Assembly: GCF_006345805.1 (NCBI RefSeq)
Contig: NC_042997.1
Coordinates: 32,922,001-32,986,000 of the forward strand
Direction: 5' to 3'
DNA: 64,000 nucleotides
From: Octopus sinensis
Taxonomy: Eukaryota
In this document: positions 53,735 to 64,000 of the stretch, piece by piece
Numbering within the stretch: the first letter of the stretch is position 1
Layout of the letters: the number at the start of each line of letters is the position of its first letter
Program-made: the position numbers and the translations under genes
Notes under the pieces: model-generated
The model's database searches: none
What the model was told of the DNA's origin: nothing
The model's input: only the letters and a program-made list of their open reading frames with translations

Positions 53735-54113
53735 TGGCATTCCATCTGTTATGATGACGAGGGTTCCAGTTGATATGATCAATGAAACAGCCTACTCGTG
53801 AAATTAACGTGCAAATGGCTGAGCATTCCACAGACACACGTACCCTTAATGTAGTTATCGGGGAGATTCAACATGACGCAGTGTGATAAGGCTGGCTTTT
53901 TGAAATACAGGTACAACAGAAACAGGAAGAAACCGTGAGAGAAAGTTGTGGTGAAAGAATACAGACAGGTTTGCTACCACCCCCTGCTGGAGCCTCGTGG
54001 AGCTGTAGGTGTTTTCACTCAATAAACACTCACAACGCCTGGTCTGGGAATCAAAACCGCAATCCTATGACTGCGAGTCCATTGCCCTAACCAATGGGCC
54101 ATTGTATCACCAC
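53735..54113 (-). mobile_element. SINE-C, diverged
   Basis: Homology to 38663-39046. Confidence 0.88.
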
Positions 54114-54123
54114 AAGTGTGAGA

Positions 54124-54242
54124 TGCTTACAGCACCTAGGTTTCCCAAGTGGTCACCCATCTAAGTACTCACTAGGCTCAACGTTGCTTAACTTCGGTGA
54201 TCGTATGAGAACCAGTGCTTTCAATGTGTTATGGCCATAAGC
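54124..54242 (-). pseudogene. Full-length (119 nt) 5S rRNA pseudogene
   Basis: GCTTATGGCCATA..CGATCACCGAAGTTAAGC..AGTACTTAGATGGGTGACC..TGGGAA..GGTGCTGTAAGC; CpG-type substitutions, no T4 terminator, solitary. Confidence 0.9.
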
Positions 54243-54297
54243 ATATATATATATGCACATATATATATGTATAGGTATGTATATATACACTCAAAGA

Positions 54298-54530
54298 AGG
54301 CGGCGAGCTGGCAGAAACGTTAACGCGCCGGGCGAAATGCCTAGCGGTATTTCGTCTGTCGTTATGTTCTGAGTTCAAATTCCACCAAGGTCAACTTTGC
54401 CTTTCATCCTTTTGGGGTCTATAAATAAAGTACAAATTTCGCACTGGGGTCAATGTAATCGACTTAATCCCTTTGTCTGTCCTTGTTTGTCCCCTCTATG
54501 TTTAGCCCCTTGTGGGTAGTAAAGAAATAT
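54298..54530 (+). mobile_element. SINE-B
   Basis: Full copy; ATATACACTCAAAGA occurs on both sides (TSD). Confidence 0.92.
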
Positions 54531-54734
54531 ATACACTCAAAGATACCTTCAGGGAATTGGACCTACTTGTTATGGAGAAAAAATCTTGGGAGAAACTCCA
54601 TAAGGTGTATCCAATGCAAGCTGTGGACATAAGAGGTGCAGCAGTATCACTAGAAGACTAACAGAGAAAGTAGTTTTTACATGTGGCAGATGTGCAGGTA
54701 CATTAAACATCAGGAATGTATAAAAGATAGGTTC

Positions 54735-55612
54735 GCTTAAATGTTAGTGGGGATCCTTCGAAGTAGTTGACAGTTTTTGTTACTCAAGTGACTAAGTAGT
54801 GTGGGAGTTGGGTTCCAAAAGTGTAGCTGCTAGAATAAGAATTGGCTGGGCAAAGTTCAGAGAGTTATTACCTCTGTTGGTAACGAAGGGCCTCTCTTTC
54901 AGAGTGAAAGTCAGATGTATGATGCCTGTGTATGAACAGCTATGCTACATGGCAGTGAAGCATGGGCTGTGACTACTGAGGATATGCGAAGGCTTGAAAG
55001 AAATGAAGCCAATATGCTCTGCTGGATGGGTACTGTTAGTGTGCATATATGACAAAGTGAAAGTGATTTGAGAGAAATATTGGGTATACAAGGTATCAGA
55101 TGTGGTGTGCAAGAAGGCTGCTCTGGGAAAAACCATGTAATGCATATGAAGGAAGACAATTGCATCAAGAGGTGCTGATTTCTAATTGTAGAGGGAACAT
55201 GTGGGAAGGGTGGAACGAAGTGGTGAGATAAGGATCTATAGATGTTGGGACACAGAGACTCCTGGCAGTTTGGTGTGCTTGGAAAGACACATCAAGTGAA
55301 GTAACAGTGTGGTTGTCCTTGCACACAGGCTGTCCCTTGCATCTCTCCAGCTGAGCATTCCTAACCTTGTGGGTTCATGGGTGCTGGTGCCCCATAAAAA
55401 GCACCCTTACCTGTGCTATGTAAACGTACCTATGCTGGTGCTGTGTAAAGGCACCCAGTGCACTCTGTAAAGTGGTTGGCATTAGGAAGGGCATCCAGCC
55501 ATAGAAACCATGTCAAAACAGACATGGAGCCTGGGCAGCTCTTCAGCTTGCTAGTTCCCGTCAAACTGTCCAACTCATACCAGCATGGAAAATGGATGTT
55601 AAATGATGATGA
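54735..55612 (+). mobile_element. RTE 3' fragment
   Basis: RIRIGWAKFRELLPLL..YDACV..MLHGSEAW; 3' UTR with GAT tail. Confidence 0.85.
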
Positions 55613-55617
55613 CATCT

Positions 55618-56065
55618 CCATCATCATCATCGTCGTTTAACATCCGCTTTCCATGCTGGCATGGGTTGGATAGTTTGACTGATGACTGGCAAACCAGGAG
55701 GCTGCACCGGGCTCCAATCTGATTTGGTAAGATTTCCACAGCTTGATGCCCTTCCTAATGCCAACCACTCCAAGAGTGTAGTGGGTGCTTTTTATGTGCC
55801 ACTGGCACAGGAGGCAGCTCTGGCAGCAGCCATGCTCAAATGGTGCATTTTACATGCCACCGGCATGGGTGCCAGTCAGGCAGCACTGGCATCAGTCAAA
55901 TTTGAATGGTGCTTTTTACACACCACCAGCACAGGTGCCAGTCAAGCGGCACTGGCATCGACCATGCTTGAATGGTGTTTATTACATGCCAGTCAGGCAG
56001 CACTGTCATCGGCCACACTCAAATGGTGCTTTGTATGTGTCACTGGCATGGGTGCCAGTCAGGCT
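55618..56065 (-). mobile_element. RTE 3' UTR fragment with ~60-bp internal tandem repeats
   Basis: GGTGCCAGTCAGGCAGCACTGGCATC repeated about 4 times; tail-to-tail with the preceding copy. Confidence 0.8.
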
Positions 56066-56165
56066 ATGTACATATAAGTATATGGATAGCTATAATTAGT
56101 AGAATTAATTGTATCTTGTTGTCTTTTTTCTAATCTTTTGTTTATCATTTCAGAAGTAAAGTAAA

Positions 56166-56318
56166 ATGGCTGTAATCCAATTGAAAAAAGGACGTACTTT
56201 AGTTTTTGCTGCCTTTATTTTATGTGCGTTTGGCTGTTATTTTGGTGTTAACATCTACATTGCATGGAAGCGTAATACCTGTTCTAATGAAGTTGGTAAA
56301 GAATTCCTTCGCGAACTG
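56166..56318 (+). CDS. DIPK1: DIPK1/FAM69-like kinase, coding exon 1 (N-terminal transmembrane anchor)
   Basis: Acceptor TTTCAG before 56154; ATG 56166; MAVIQLKKGRTLVFAAFILCAFGCYFGVNIYIAWKRNTCSNEVGKEFLREL; donor GTAAGT at 56319; phase 0, in frame with the next exon. Missing from the ORF track. Confidence 0.85.
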
Positions 56319-56663
56319 GTAAGTTGATGAATGTCCAATAAAAAGCAATAAGAGATAAAAATCTAAAATGGATTGAACATCCTCTGCATCTTTTCTTATT
56401 TGGTCAGCGCCATATGTTGTATTCCTGCTCATGTACATTTCCTTAACTTGAATATGAAAGAATTTGAACTTAGTATTATATCTCCTCTTTTAAAATGTGT
56501 GTAGGACCATTAATAAATATTGCTATGAAAGAGATTGTATATAGTCTAAGATGGTACTTCTGTGATACAGTGATGTAGTTAGAGCATGTGCTACTCAGAG
56601 CACCTCTTGAGTTTACCATCCACTTCCCTTCATGCAGGCTTTTATAAGTGGACTAAAAAATGG

Positions 56664-57050
56664 ATGGAAGCACTCCGTCGGTTACGACGACGAGGGTTCC
56701 GGTTGATCCAATCAACGGAACAGCCTGCTCGTGAAATTAACGTGTAAGTGGCTGAGCACTCCACAGACACGTGTACCCTTAACGTATCTCTCGGGGATAT
56801 TCAGCGTGACACAGAGAGTGACAAGGCCGGCCCTTTGAAATACAGGTACAACAGAAACAGGAAGTAAGAGTGAGAGAAAGTTGTGGTGAAAGAGTACAGC
56901 AGGGATCACCACCAACCCCTGCCGGAGCCTCGTGGAGCTTTTAGGTGTTTTCGCTCAATAAACACTCACAATGCCCGGTCTGGGAATCGAAACCACGATC
57001 CTACGACCGCGAGTCCGCTGCCCTAACCACTGGGCCATTGTGCCTCCACT
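56664..57050 (-). mobile_element. SINE-C, intronic
   Basis: Near-consensus reverse-complement copy. Confidence 0.93.
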
Positions 57051-57457
57051 ACTAAAAAAAAAATGACATCCTTGTAAAAGACTGCCTATGGGAGACAGTC
57101 CTCATCATCAAAACCCTACTACTACTCTTGTAGGTTTCACATTGAAACAATCCTCACATCAAGATTAGGTATGTACATACAATAATTTATGTCATATAGG
57201 AACTTGAGGGTACATTCTGGCACCCCATCACCACCAATTTATCTTCCAGCTGCTCTCACCCACCATCATATAATTCAGGGTAGCCATGTATCTCCTCTCT
57301 AGCAAGACACCTGTGTTTGTCCCTCTATCATACTTTAACCTTCAACACCTAGCATAAAACCACCTTCCTCTCTCTTATATGCACTCCTACTTAGGTAAGG
57401 GGCTTTTTTCCCCTTTCTTTTGTTTTCTTTATCTTACAACTTACTTGGTGACCTGTA

Positions 57458-59319
57458 ACAAGAACTTATCACCATCATATGATGTCAAGATAAGGAGACA
57501 AAAACATACACACACACACACACACACATATATACACATACAAACATGCATACATACATATGATGGGGTTTTTTTTTAGTTTCCATCTAACAAATCTACT
57601 CACAAGGTATTGGTGTCATGATAAAAAACAGTCAGTAGACATTGTAAAGTGGCTCATATTAGGAAGAACATCCAGCCATAGGAACTATGCTAAATCCAAC
57701 ATTGGATCCTAACAGAGCCCAATGGCTTCTTGGATCCTATCAAATCATTTAACAAATACCAACCTGGAAAATGAATGTGGTGAGGATGATGATAATTATG
57801 ATGGTGGTGTATGGTGAAAAGTGTATATATATAGTCACCAAACACTGGTTTTGTATAGTCTTCTTCATTGAAAATAATATTTCTGTGAAATTTGAAATTG
57901 TTTATATGGTAATTGAGTTCTAGATTAAATGTTTTATGGGATTTAATTTTGTTCCTCTCAGTTCCAAACTCAAGTCCTGTTTGATTTAATTTTACCTTTT
58001 ATTGTAACAATTACTAAAAGTAAATAACATATTTATCGGAGTGAATCAATCAACTAAACTCTGTTGTCCTACAAAAATTACTAATTTATCTAAATAACTA
58101 ATGTTTTTACATCTTGACTGAATTTGTTCTCTTTATTTTTCTCTTATTATAGTGCGATTTATACCAAAAGAAAATAATTGGTGGCAACCTCTGTTCTTCC
58201 ATATGTGTGACGAAGACAATAAAATTTGACCACTGCACAAACTACCGTGAAGGTAAAGTGGTCATTATAGCAAACACAGAAAAACAAAAGCACCCACTTA
58301 TTCTGAAGTCTTCCCAGCACGAATATAAAAATTTCAACACAATATCACTCAAAATAGATGGCCACATGGAGTATCCAAACATGGATTTGTTTCGTAGATT
58401 AATTCATGAATCAGTTTACCTGAACCTTGGAATAAACCTAACAAAAGGAATAGATGTAATTGAGCAGGTGTGGTCAATGAATCCACTGACATTTATGCAA
58501 ACTGTGAAAGGATTCCCTACAGCTTCACATATCTTAATGGACAGCGTGTGGTCTCTGATACAACAGGAAGAGTACCTAATGTTGCGAATGAGCCAGCATT
58601 TACCTTACATTCCTCGCCTCCATGGTACATGTGGTTACATGTATGCTGTGGAGAGCGCTCCTCCTCCCCAGATTTTTTACTCTTCTGTAGTTAAAGGCGG
58701 ATGGTCTGCTCGAGTGAAGCTTGCACTTGCCATTCTGGATGTTGTTCGTGCTCTTGACTCTGATTATCATGAACCGCTTCATTTGTGTGATGTAAAACCG
58801 GAGAACTTTGGAATCAGTGATGTTAACAACCAAGTTAAATTAATTGATACAGACTGTATATTCAGGGACTCTACCATCAGACAGATATTCCAGAACATAT
58901 CCTGTAGAAGAGATGAAGACTGTAAATTTTTTGACTGTAAAGGATGGTGTAAAAGAAAGGTAGACAAATGTGCAAATGAACGCATCAACACAAATCTACA
59001 GGTAATTTAGTATAAGTTAATTATCTAAAAGCTCTTGTACATTCAATACTGTGGTATAGACATGGCTCTGTGGTTAAGAGGTTTGCTTTCCAACTACTTG
59101 GATTTGGGGTTCAGTCCCACTGCGTGGCATCTTGGGAAAGTGTCATCTGTTGTATCCCTGGGTCAACCAATACCTTGTGAGTAGATTTGGTAGATGGAAA
59201 CTACAAAAAAAACCCCATCGTATGTATGTATGCATGTTTGTATGTGTATATATGTGTGTGTGTGTGTGTATGTTTTTGTCTTCTTTTCTTGACATCATAT
59301 GATGGTGATAAGTTCTTGT
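57458..59319. repeat. Near-perfect inverted repeat (57458-57614 and 59166-59319) flanking coding exon 2
   Basis: About 4 substitutions plus microsatellite length differences over ~155 bp. Confidence 0.9.
58153..59001 (+). CDS. DIPK1: DIPK1/FAM69-like kinase, coding exon 2 (Cys-rich region and kinase-like PIP49_C domain)
   Basis: Polypyrimidine tract and AG; CDLYQKKIIGGNLCSSIC, DSVWSLIQQEEY, GTCGYMYAVE, HLCDVKPENFG, LIDTD, C..DEDCKFFDCKGWC, NTNLQ|GTAATT; 849 nt, phase 0-0. Confidence 0.95.
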
Positions 59320-60096
59320 CACTGTCATATAAGTGGTGTCATTCATTTCCAGTTTTAAGGTGGGGAACTGGCAGAAACGTCACCATGCCGGGTGAAATGC
59401 TTAGCGGTATTTCGTCAGTCTTTATGTTCTGTGTTCAAATTCCACTGAGGTCGACTTTGCCTTTCACCCTTTCAGGGCCAATAAATCAAGTACCATTTGA
59501 GTGCTGCGGTTGATCTAATTGACTGTCCCCATCCCCCAAATTTCAAGCCTTGTGCCTATAATAGAAAGGATTAATTTCCAGTCCTTTGTGAAAATGTCTG
59601 GCCAAAGGGGAATATAACCTTACTTGGAAACAGCAGAGGATTGGTAACAGGAAGGCCATCCAATTGTAGAAAATCTGCCCCAACAAAATCTGTCTGACCC
59701 ATGCAAGCATTGAAAAGTGGATGTTAAAGAAATGATGATGATGCTGATGATGATGGTGATGGCTGTATTGATATTTTCCTTTCCTTAATTCTTAAATGTT
59801 TATATATCAATTAGTTTATCTATTTATATCCTGCAATGTATTTTGTCATTTTGAGTTGAATGATTATTCCAAAAAATATTCTATTTGGGTTTGTAATATT
59901 GTAGTCTTTATCTTAACCTTGCATTATTGCAATATTGCGACGCAGGACGTATGTCAGGTATCAGTGGCGAGGTGGGGATCGTGGGGTCCGAATTGAACCC
60001 GCCTTCCCACTCCATCCGTAATGTCTTCCGGTCTGTCCTACCATTCGAGTTATTTATATTTTTGTAAATTTTTAATGTCATCTTTATGTTATATCC

Positions 60097-60327
60097 ATTT
60101 CTTTACTACCTACAAGGGGCTAAACACAGAGAGGACAAACAAGGACAGACAAATGGATTAAGTCGATTATATCGACCCCAGTGCGTAACTGGTACTTATT
60201 TGATCGACCCCGAAAGAATGAAAAGCAAAGTCGACCTCGGCGGAATTTGAACTCAGAACGTAGCGGCAGACAAAATACTGATAAGCATTTCGCCCGGCGT
60301 GCTAACATTTCTGCCAGTTCACCGCCT
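60097..60327 (-). mobile_element. SINE-B, intronic
   Basis: Homology; TTTATGTTAT-like flanking duplication. Confidence 0.9.
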
Positions 60328-61107
60328 TTTATGTTATCGTTATGTTATATCCATCCATCCATCTGACCCCAATCAGATTGTATTGTCCCTTATCTATGTT
60401 GTCCCCTTGTGAGAAATAAAAAAAAAAAATCACTCTTCCACTGACACTCTCTTTCCAAGCCACTTTGACTATCCATCAACCAGGCTCCCTCTTCCTACCT
60501 AAAATTGCCCCACCCGCATATATGGCTGCTATTCTTTTAGGTCACTCTTTACATCCATCATGCTCTTTTACCACTGACCATTCCTACATCAACTCACCAT
60601 TTCCTCTTTTCTCTACCTACAAGCAGGTAGATGCCACTTACCCCATGTCACTACTATCACCCTCTTTACATACTTCCATTACCACTCATTACTCCTTTAG
60701 TGCTCTCTCTCCCATTTCTCTACCCATTCCACCTGTCTCTTCTGCTAACACCTTCCTCCTTGCCCTAGTTCATCCTTTGCAGTAGACCTCTCTTCTATCC
60801 ACTGATGGCCACGTTATCCTGAATGAATAGAGACAACACAAAGCAGTAAAGATCCTGAGGCAAGCAACCCTGTAAGCACTCTGATATCATGATAAAATGT
60901 ATTTTGTGAAGTAGTGAATGAATGAATGGAGGTGTCACAGGAACATGACAACATCTCCAGTTCTGGAACCATGAAAAAACACACCAAGTACATTCTAATG
61001 TGGTTTGGGGATGTATGGGGACATTATAGGGTTCAGAAGGATCCTTTAGTCTTGTCTTAGGCACATGACAATGTCTCTAATGCTGGCACCATAAGAAAAA
61101 TGCAACA

Positions 61108-61500
61108 AGTGGCTGTGTGGTAAGTAGCTTGCTAACCAACCACATGGTTCTGGGTTCAGTCCCACTGCGTGGCATCTTGGGCAAGTGTCTTCTGCTATAG
61201 CCCCGGGCTGACCAATGCCTTGTGAGTGGATTTGGTAGACAGAAACTGAAAGAAGCCTGTCGTATATATGTACATATATATAAGTGTGTGTGTGTATGTG
61301 TTTGTCCCCCTAGCATTGCTTGACAACCGATGCTGGTGTGTTTACGTCCCCGTAACTTAGCGGTTCGACAAAAGAGACCGAATAAGTACTGGGCTTACAA
61401 AGAATAAGTCCTGGGGTCAATTTGCTCGACTAAAGGCAGTGCTCCAGCATGGCCGCAGTCAAATGACTGAAACAAGTAAAAGAGTAAAGAGTAAGAGTAA
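61108..61500 (+). mobile_element. SINE-A, intronic
   Basis: Homology to the other copies. Confidence 0.92.
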
Positions 61501-61752
61501 GTAAACTTTGTAAAGTAATTGTTCAATGACTGGTTGTGCTATTCAGTGGCTCACCATGGGATGACAAGCCATTGAATAGTACAACCTGTCACTGAATGAT
61601 GATGGGAATGTCATAAAAGGGACCTGCCTGTCCTGTCAGTTCACATCTGTCATTCCAGTCTCTGTTTTTGAAGAGGAGATAACCATTCTGAGATCCTGCA
61701 CCCAATGGTCTGGTTAGGGAGCACTGTGTGCTGACACCTGTTTACCCTTATT

Positions 61753-61974
61753 CTTTACTCTTTTACTTGTTTCAGTCATTTGACTGTGGCCATGCTGGAG
61801 CACCGCCTTTAATCGAGCAACTCGACCCTGGGACTTATTCTTTTTGTAAGCCCAGTACTTATTCTATTGGTCTCTTTTGCCGAACCGCTAGGTAACGGGG
61901 ACATAAACACACCAGCATCGGTTGTCAAGAAATGCTAGGGGGACAAACACAGACACACAAACACACACACACGC

Positions 61975-62005
<31 letters not shown>

Positions 62006-62172
62006 TACGACGGGCTTCTTTTCAGTTTCCGTCTACCAAATCCACTCACAAGGCTTTGGTCGGCCCAAGGCTATAGTAGAAGACACTTGCCCAAGGTGCC
62101 ATGCAGTGGGACTGAACCCGGAACCATGTGGTTGGTAAACAAGTTACTTACCACACAGCCACTCCTGTGCCT
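61753..62172 (-). mobile_element. SINE-A, intronic
   Basis: Homology to the other copies. Confidence 0.92.
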
Positions 62173-62484
62173 ATATATATAGATGTGCACACACACACAC
62201 ATATATGTACACACAGGGTGATAGTACTAAGTAGTGATGTGTATAAACTTGTTACCAGTTCAAATATGAACTCATAAGGAAGTCATTCACTGTATTTTGT
62301 CATGGAGAAAATTTTTTGCTATCGACAAACAGGCATAGGAGTGGCTGTGTGGTAAGTAGCTTGCTTACGAACCACATGGTTCCGGGTTCAGTCCCACTGC
62401 GTGGCACCTTGTGCAAGTGTCTTCTACTATAGGTGGTGGTGGTGTTGGTGGTGATGATGATGATGCTGATGCTGCTGCTGTTGT

Positions 62485-62639
62485 TATCATCATCATCATT
62501 ATTATTCAGGTCACTGACTGGAATCAAACTCGGAATCTTGGGGTTACTAGCCCGTGCTCTTAACCACTGGGGGGTATATCAGCCGAAACATTGTGTTAAC
62601 AACAAACAAGATGAGGACGAATATCCGTCAAATGTAAAT
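62485..62639. mobile_element. Inverted/truncated copy of the tRNA-head/hammerhead element
   Basis: 62485-62568 is the reverse complement of the 8227-8310 head; 62570-62639 is the forward 3' half (CAGCCGAAACATTGTGTTAACAACAAACAAGATGAGGAC). Confidence 0.8.
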
Positions 62640-62664
62640 TAAAATGTGTTAAGGTGTTGTTCTA

Positions 62665-63102
62665 TTCTTTTTACTTGTTTCAGTCATTGGACTGCAGCCA
62701 TGCTGGAGCACCACTTTGAAGGGTTTTAGTCAAACTAATCGACTCCAAGATTTATTTGTTTTAAAGCCTAGTACTTACTCTATTGGTCTTTTTTGCTGAA
62801 CCACTAAGTTACAGGGATGTAAACAGACCAGCACCGGTTGTCAAGTGGCGATGAGGGAACCAACACAGACACACAAATAGATATCTGTCTCCCTACCTAC
62901 CTACCTAACTACCTACCTACCTACCTCCCCCCCACACACACATGAGCTTCTTTCAGTTTCCTTCTACCAAATTCACTCACAGAGCTTTGGTTGGCCTGAC
63001 GCTATAGTAGAAGATACATGACCAAGGTACCACGCAGTGGGATTGAACCCGGAACCATGTGGTTAGGAAGCAAGCTTCTTACACACAGCCACACCTGCAC
63101 CT
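62665..63102 (-). mobile_element. Older SINE-A subfamily copy
   Basis: Homology to the other copies. Confidence 0.85.
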
Positions 63103-63272
63103 ATGTGCAAAATATTTGACTTGTTTGATTTTTTCAATGAATATTGAATTAACTTTGATTTTTACATAGGTAACAAATATAATTGTTTCTCAAAGATATG
63201 TTTTGAATTTATTTAGAAACAGTACGAACAAAATTTCATTTATATATGTATACTTTTTTTTTCTTTTGCCAG

Positions 63273-63503
63273 GTTGTTTGTGAACACATTTTCATGGGCA
63301 AGTATTTCTTTATTGGACTTCTTAAGAAACCACCTATGAGACTGAAAGAACAACTTAACAACATTCTTAGAAGATGTGCCTTTCCTGTAACTTATAATAA
63401 TAACTCACTTGTGAAGTACTACAAAAGAAAAGTCTATTGGGAACTCTATCGTTTGCTTCAGCGAAGTATCGGAATTGGTGTACCAATGCCAACAGATCCT
63501 TAG
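63273..63503 (+). CDS. DIPK1: DIPK1/FAM69-like kinase, last coding exon
   Basis: TTTTCTTTTGCCAG acceptor; VVCEHIF..GLLKKPP..L..IL..C continues the family NLQ-VVC motif; TAG ends at 63503; total 51+283+76 = 410 aa. Confidence 0.9.
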   Translation, partial: VVCEHIFMGKYFFIGLLKKPPMRLKEQLNNILRRCAFPVTYNNNSLVKYYKRKVYWELYRLLQRSIGIGVPMPTDP

Positions 63504-63594
63504 TAAATGAAGTCGTTAGCTAAACACTAATTTCCGAATAGCTTTATTTAATTTACATTTTATTATTAATATTATTATTATTATTATTATTATG

Positions 63595-63801
63595 GTGGTA
63601 AGCTGTTAGCATGGCAGGCAAAATGAATGCTTAGCGGCATTTTGTCTGCCCCTACATTCTGAGTTCAAATCCTGCTGAGGTTGACTTCGCCTTTCATCCT
63701 TTCGGGGGTCAATAAAATAAGCACCAGTTACGCAACTGGGGTTGATGTAATCAACTAGCCTCTTCCCCCAAATTTCAGGCCTTGTGCCTATAATAGAAAG
63801 G

Positions 63802-63839
<38 letters not shown>

Positions 63840-64000
63840 CATTATTATTATTATTAAGGTGGTGAGCCGACAGAATTGTTAGCATGCCAGGCAAAATGCT
63901 CAGCAGCGTTTCATCTGCCTTGATGTTCTGAGTTCACTTTCTGCTGAGGTCAACTTTGCCTTTCATCCTTTCAGGGTCGATAAATTAAGTAGCAGTGACA
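63595..64000 (+). mobile_element. Two older SINE-B-related copies separated by (ATT)n, just downstream of the stop codon
   Basis: GAGTTCAAAT..GCCTTTCATCCTTTC core twice. Confidence 0.85.

Noticed and set aside
55780-56065. Regularly spaced ~60-bp repeats resembling a CRISPR array
   Set aside because: Eukaryotic context; the 'spacers' are homologous to each other; these are internal repeats of an RTE 3' UTR
59935-60050. Short GC-rich intronic patch with a B-box-like motif on the minus strand
   Set aside because: No A box, cloverleaf or second copy could be supported

Overview
AT-rich, extremely repeat-dense metazoan genomic DNA. The SINE, microsatellite and LINE repertoire resembles an Octopus genome; this is an inference from pattern recall, not a search. 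One intact protein-coding gene is supported: a DIPK1/FAM69-family divergent kinase with 3 coding exons (56166-63503, +, 410 aa). The rest is nested mobile DNA: three abundant tRNA-derived SINE families (named A, B, C here), RTE, CR1, L1/Tx1 and CRE LINE remnants, a young Penelope-like element with inverted arms, a decayed Helitron, a Buster-type hAT with intact TIRs/TSD, Tc1/mariner remnants, MITEs, a 5S rRNA pseudogene and long microsatellites. Most interesting: (1) five minimal hammerhead-ribozyme-like motifs in four unrelated repeats, one fused to a tRNA-like Pol III head (candidate Penelope-mobilised ribozyme SINE); (2) a near-perfect ~155-bp inverted repeat bracketing the symmetric 849-nt kinase exon; (3) a SINE with a 187-bp flanking direct repeat; (4) a PHD finger inside an RTE reverse transcriptase; (5) an intronic pre-miRNA-like hairpin. 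Repeat boundaries are approximate unless TSD/TIR coordinates are given. Almost all ORFs in the supplied track are spurious.
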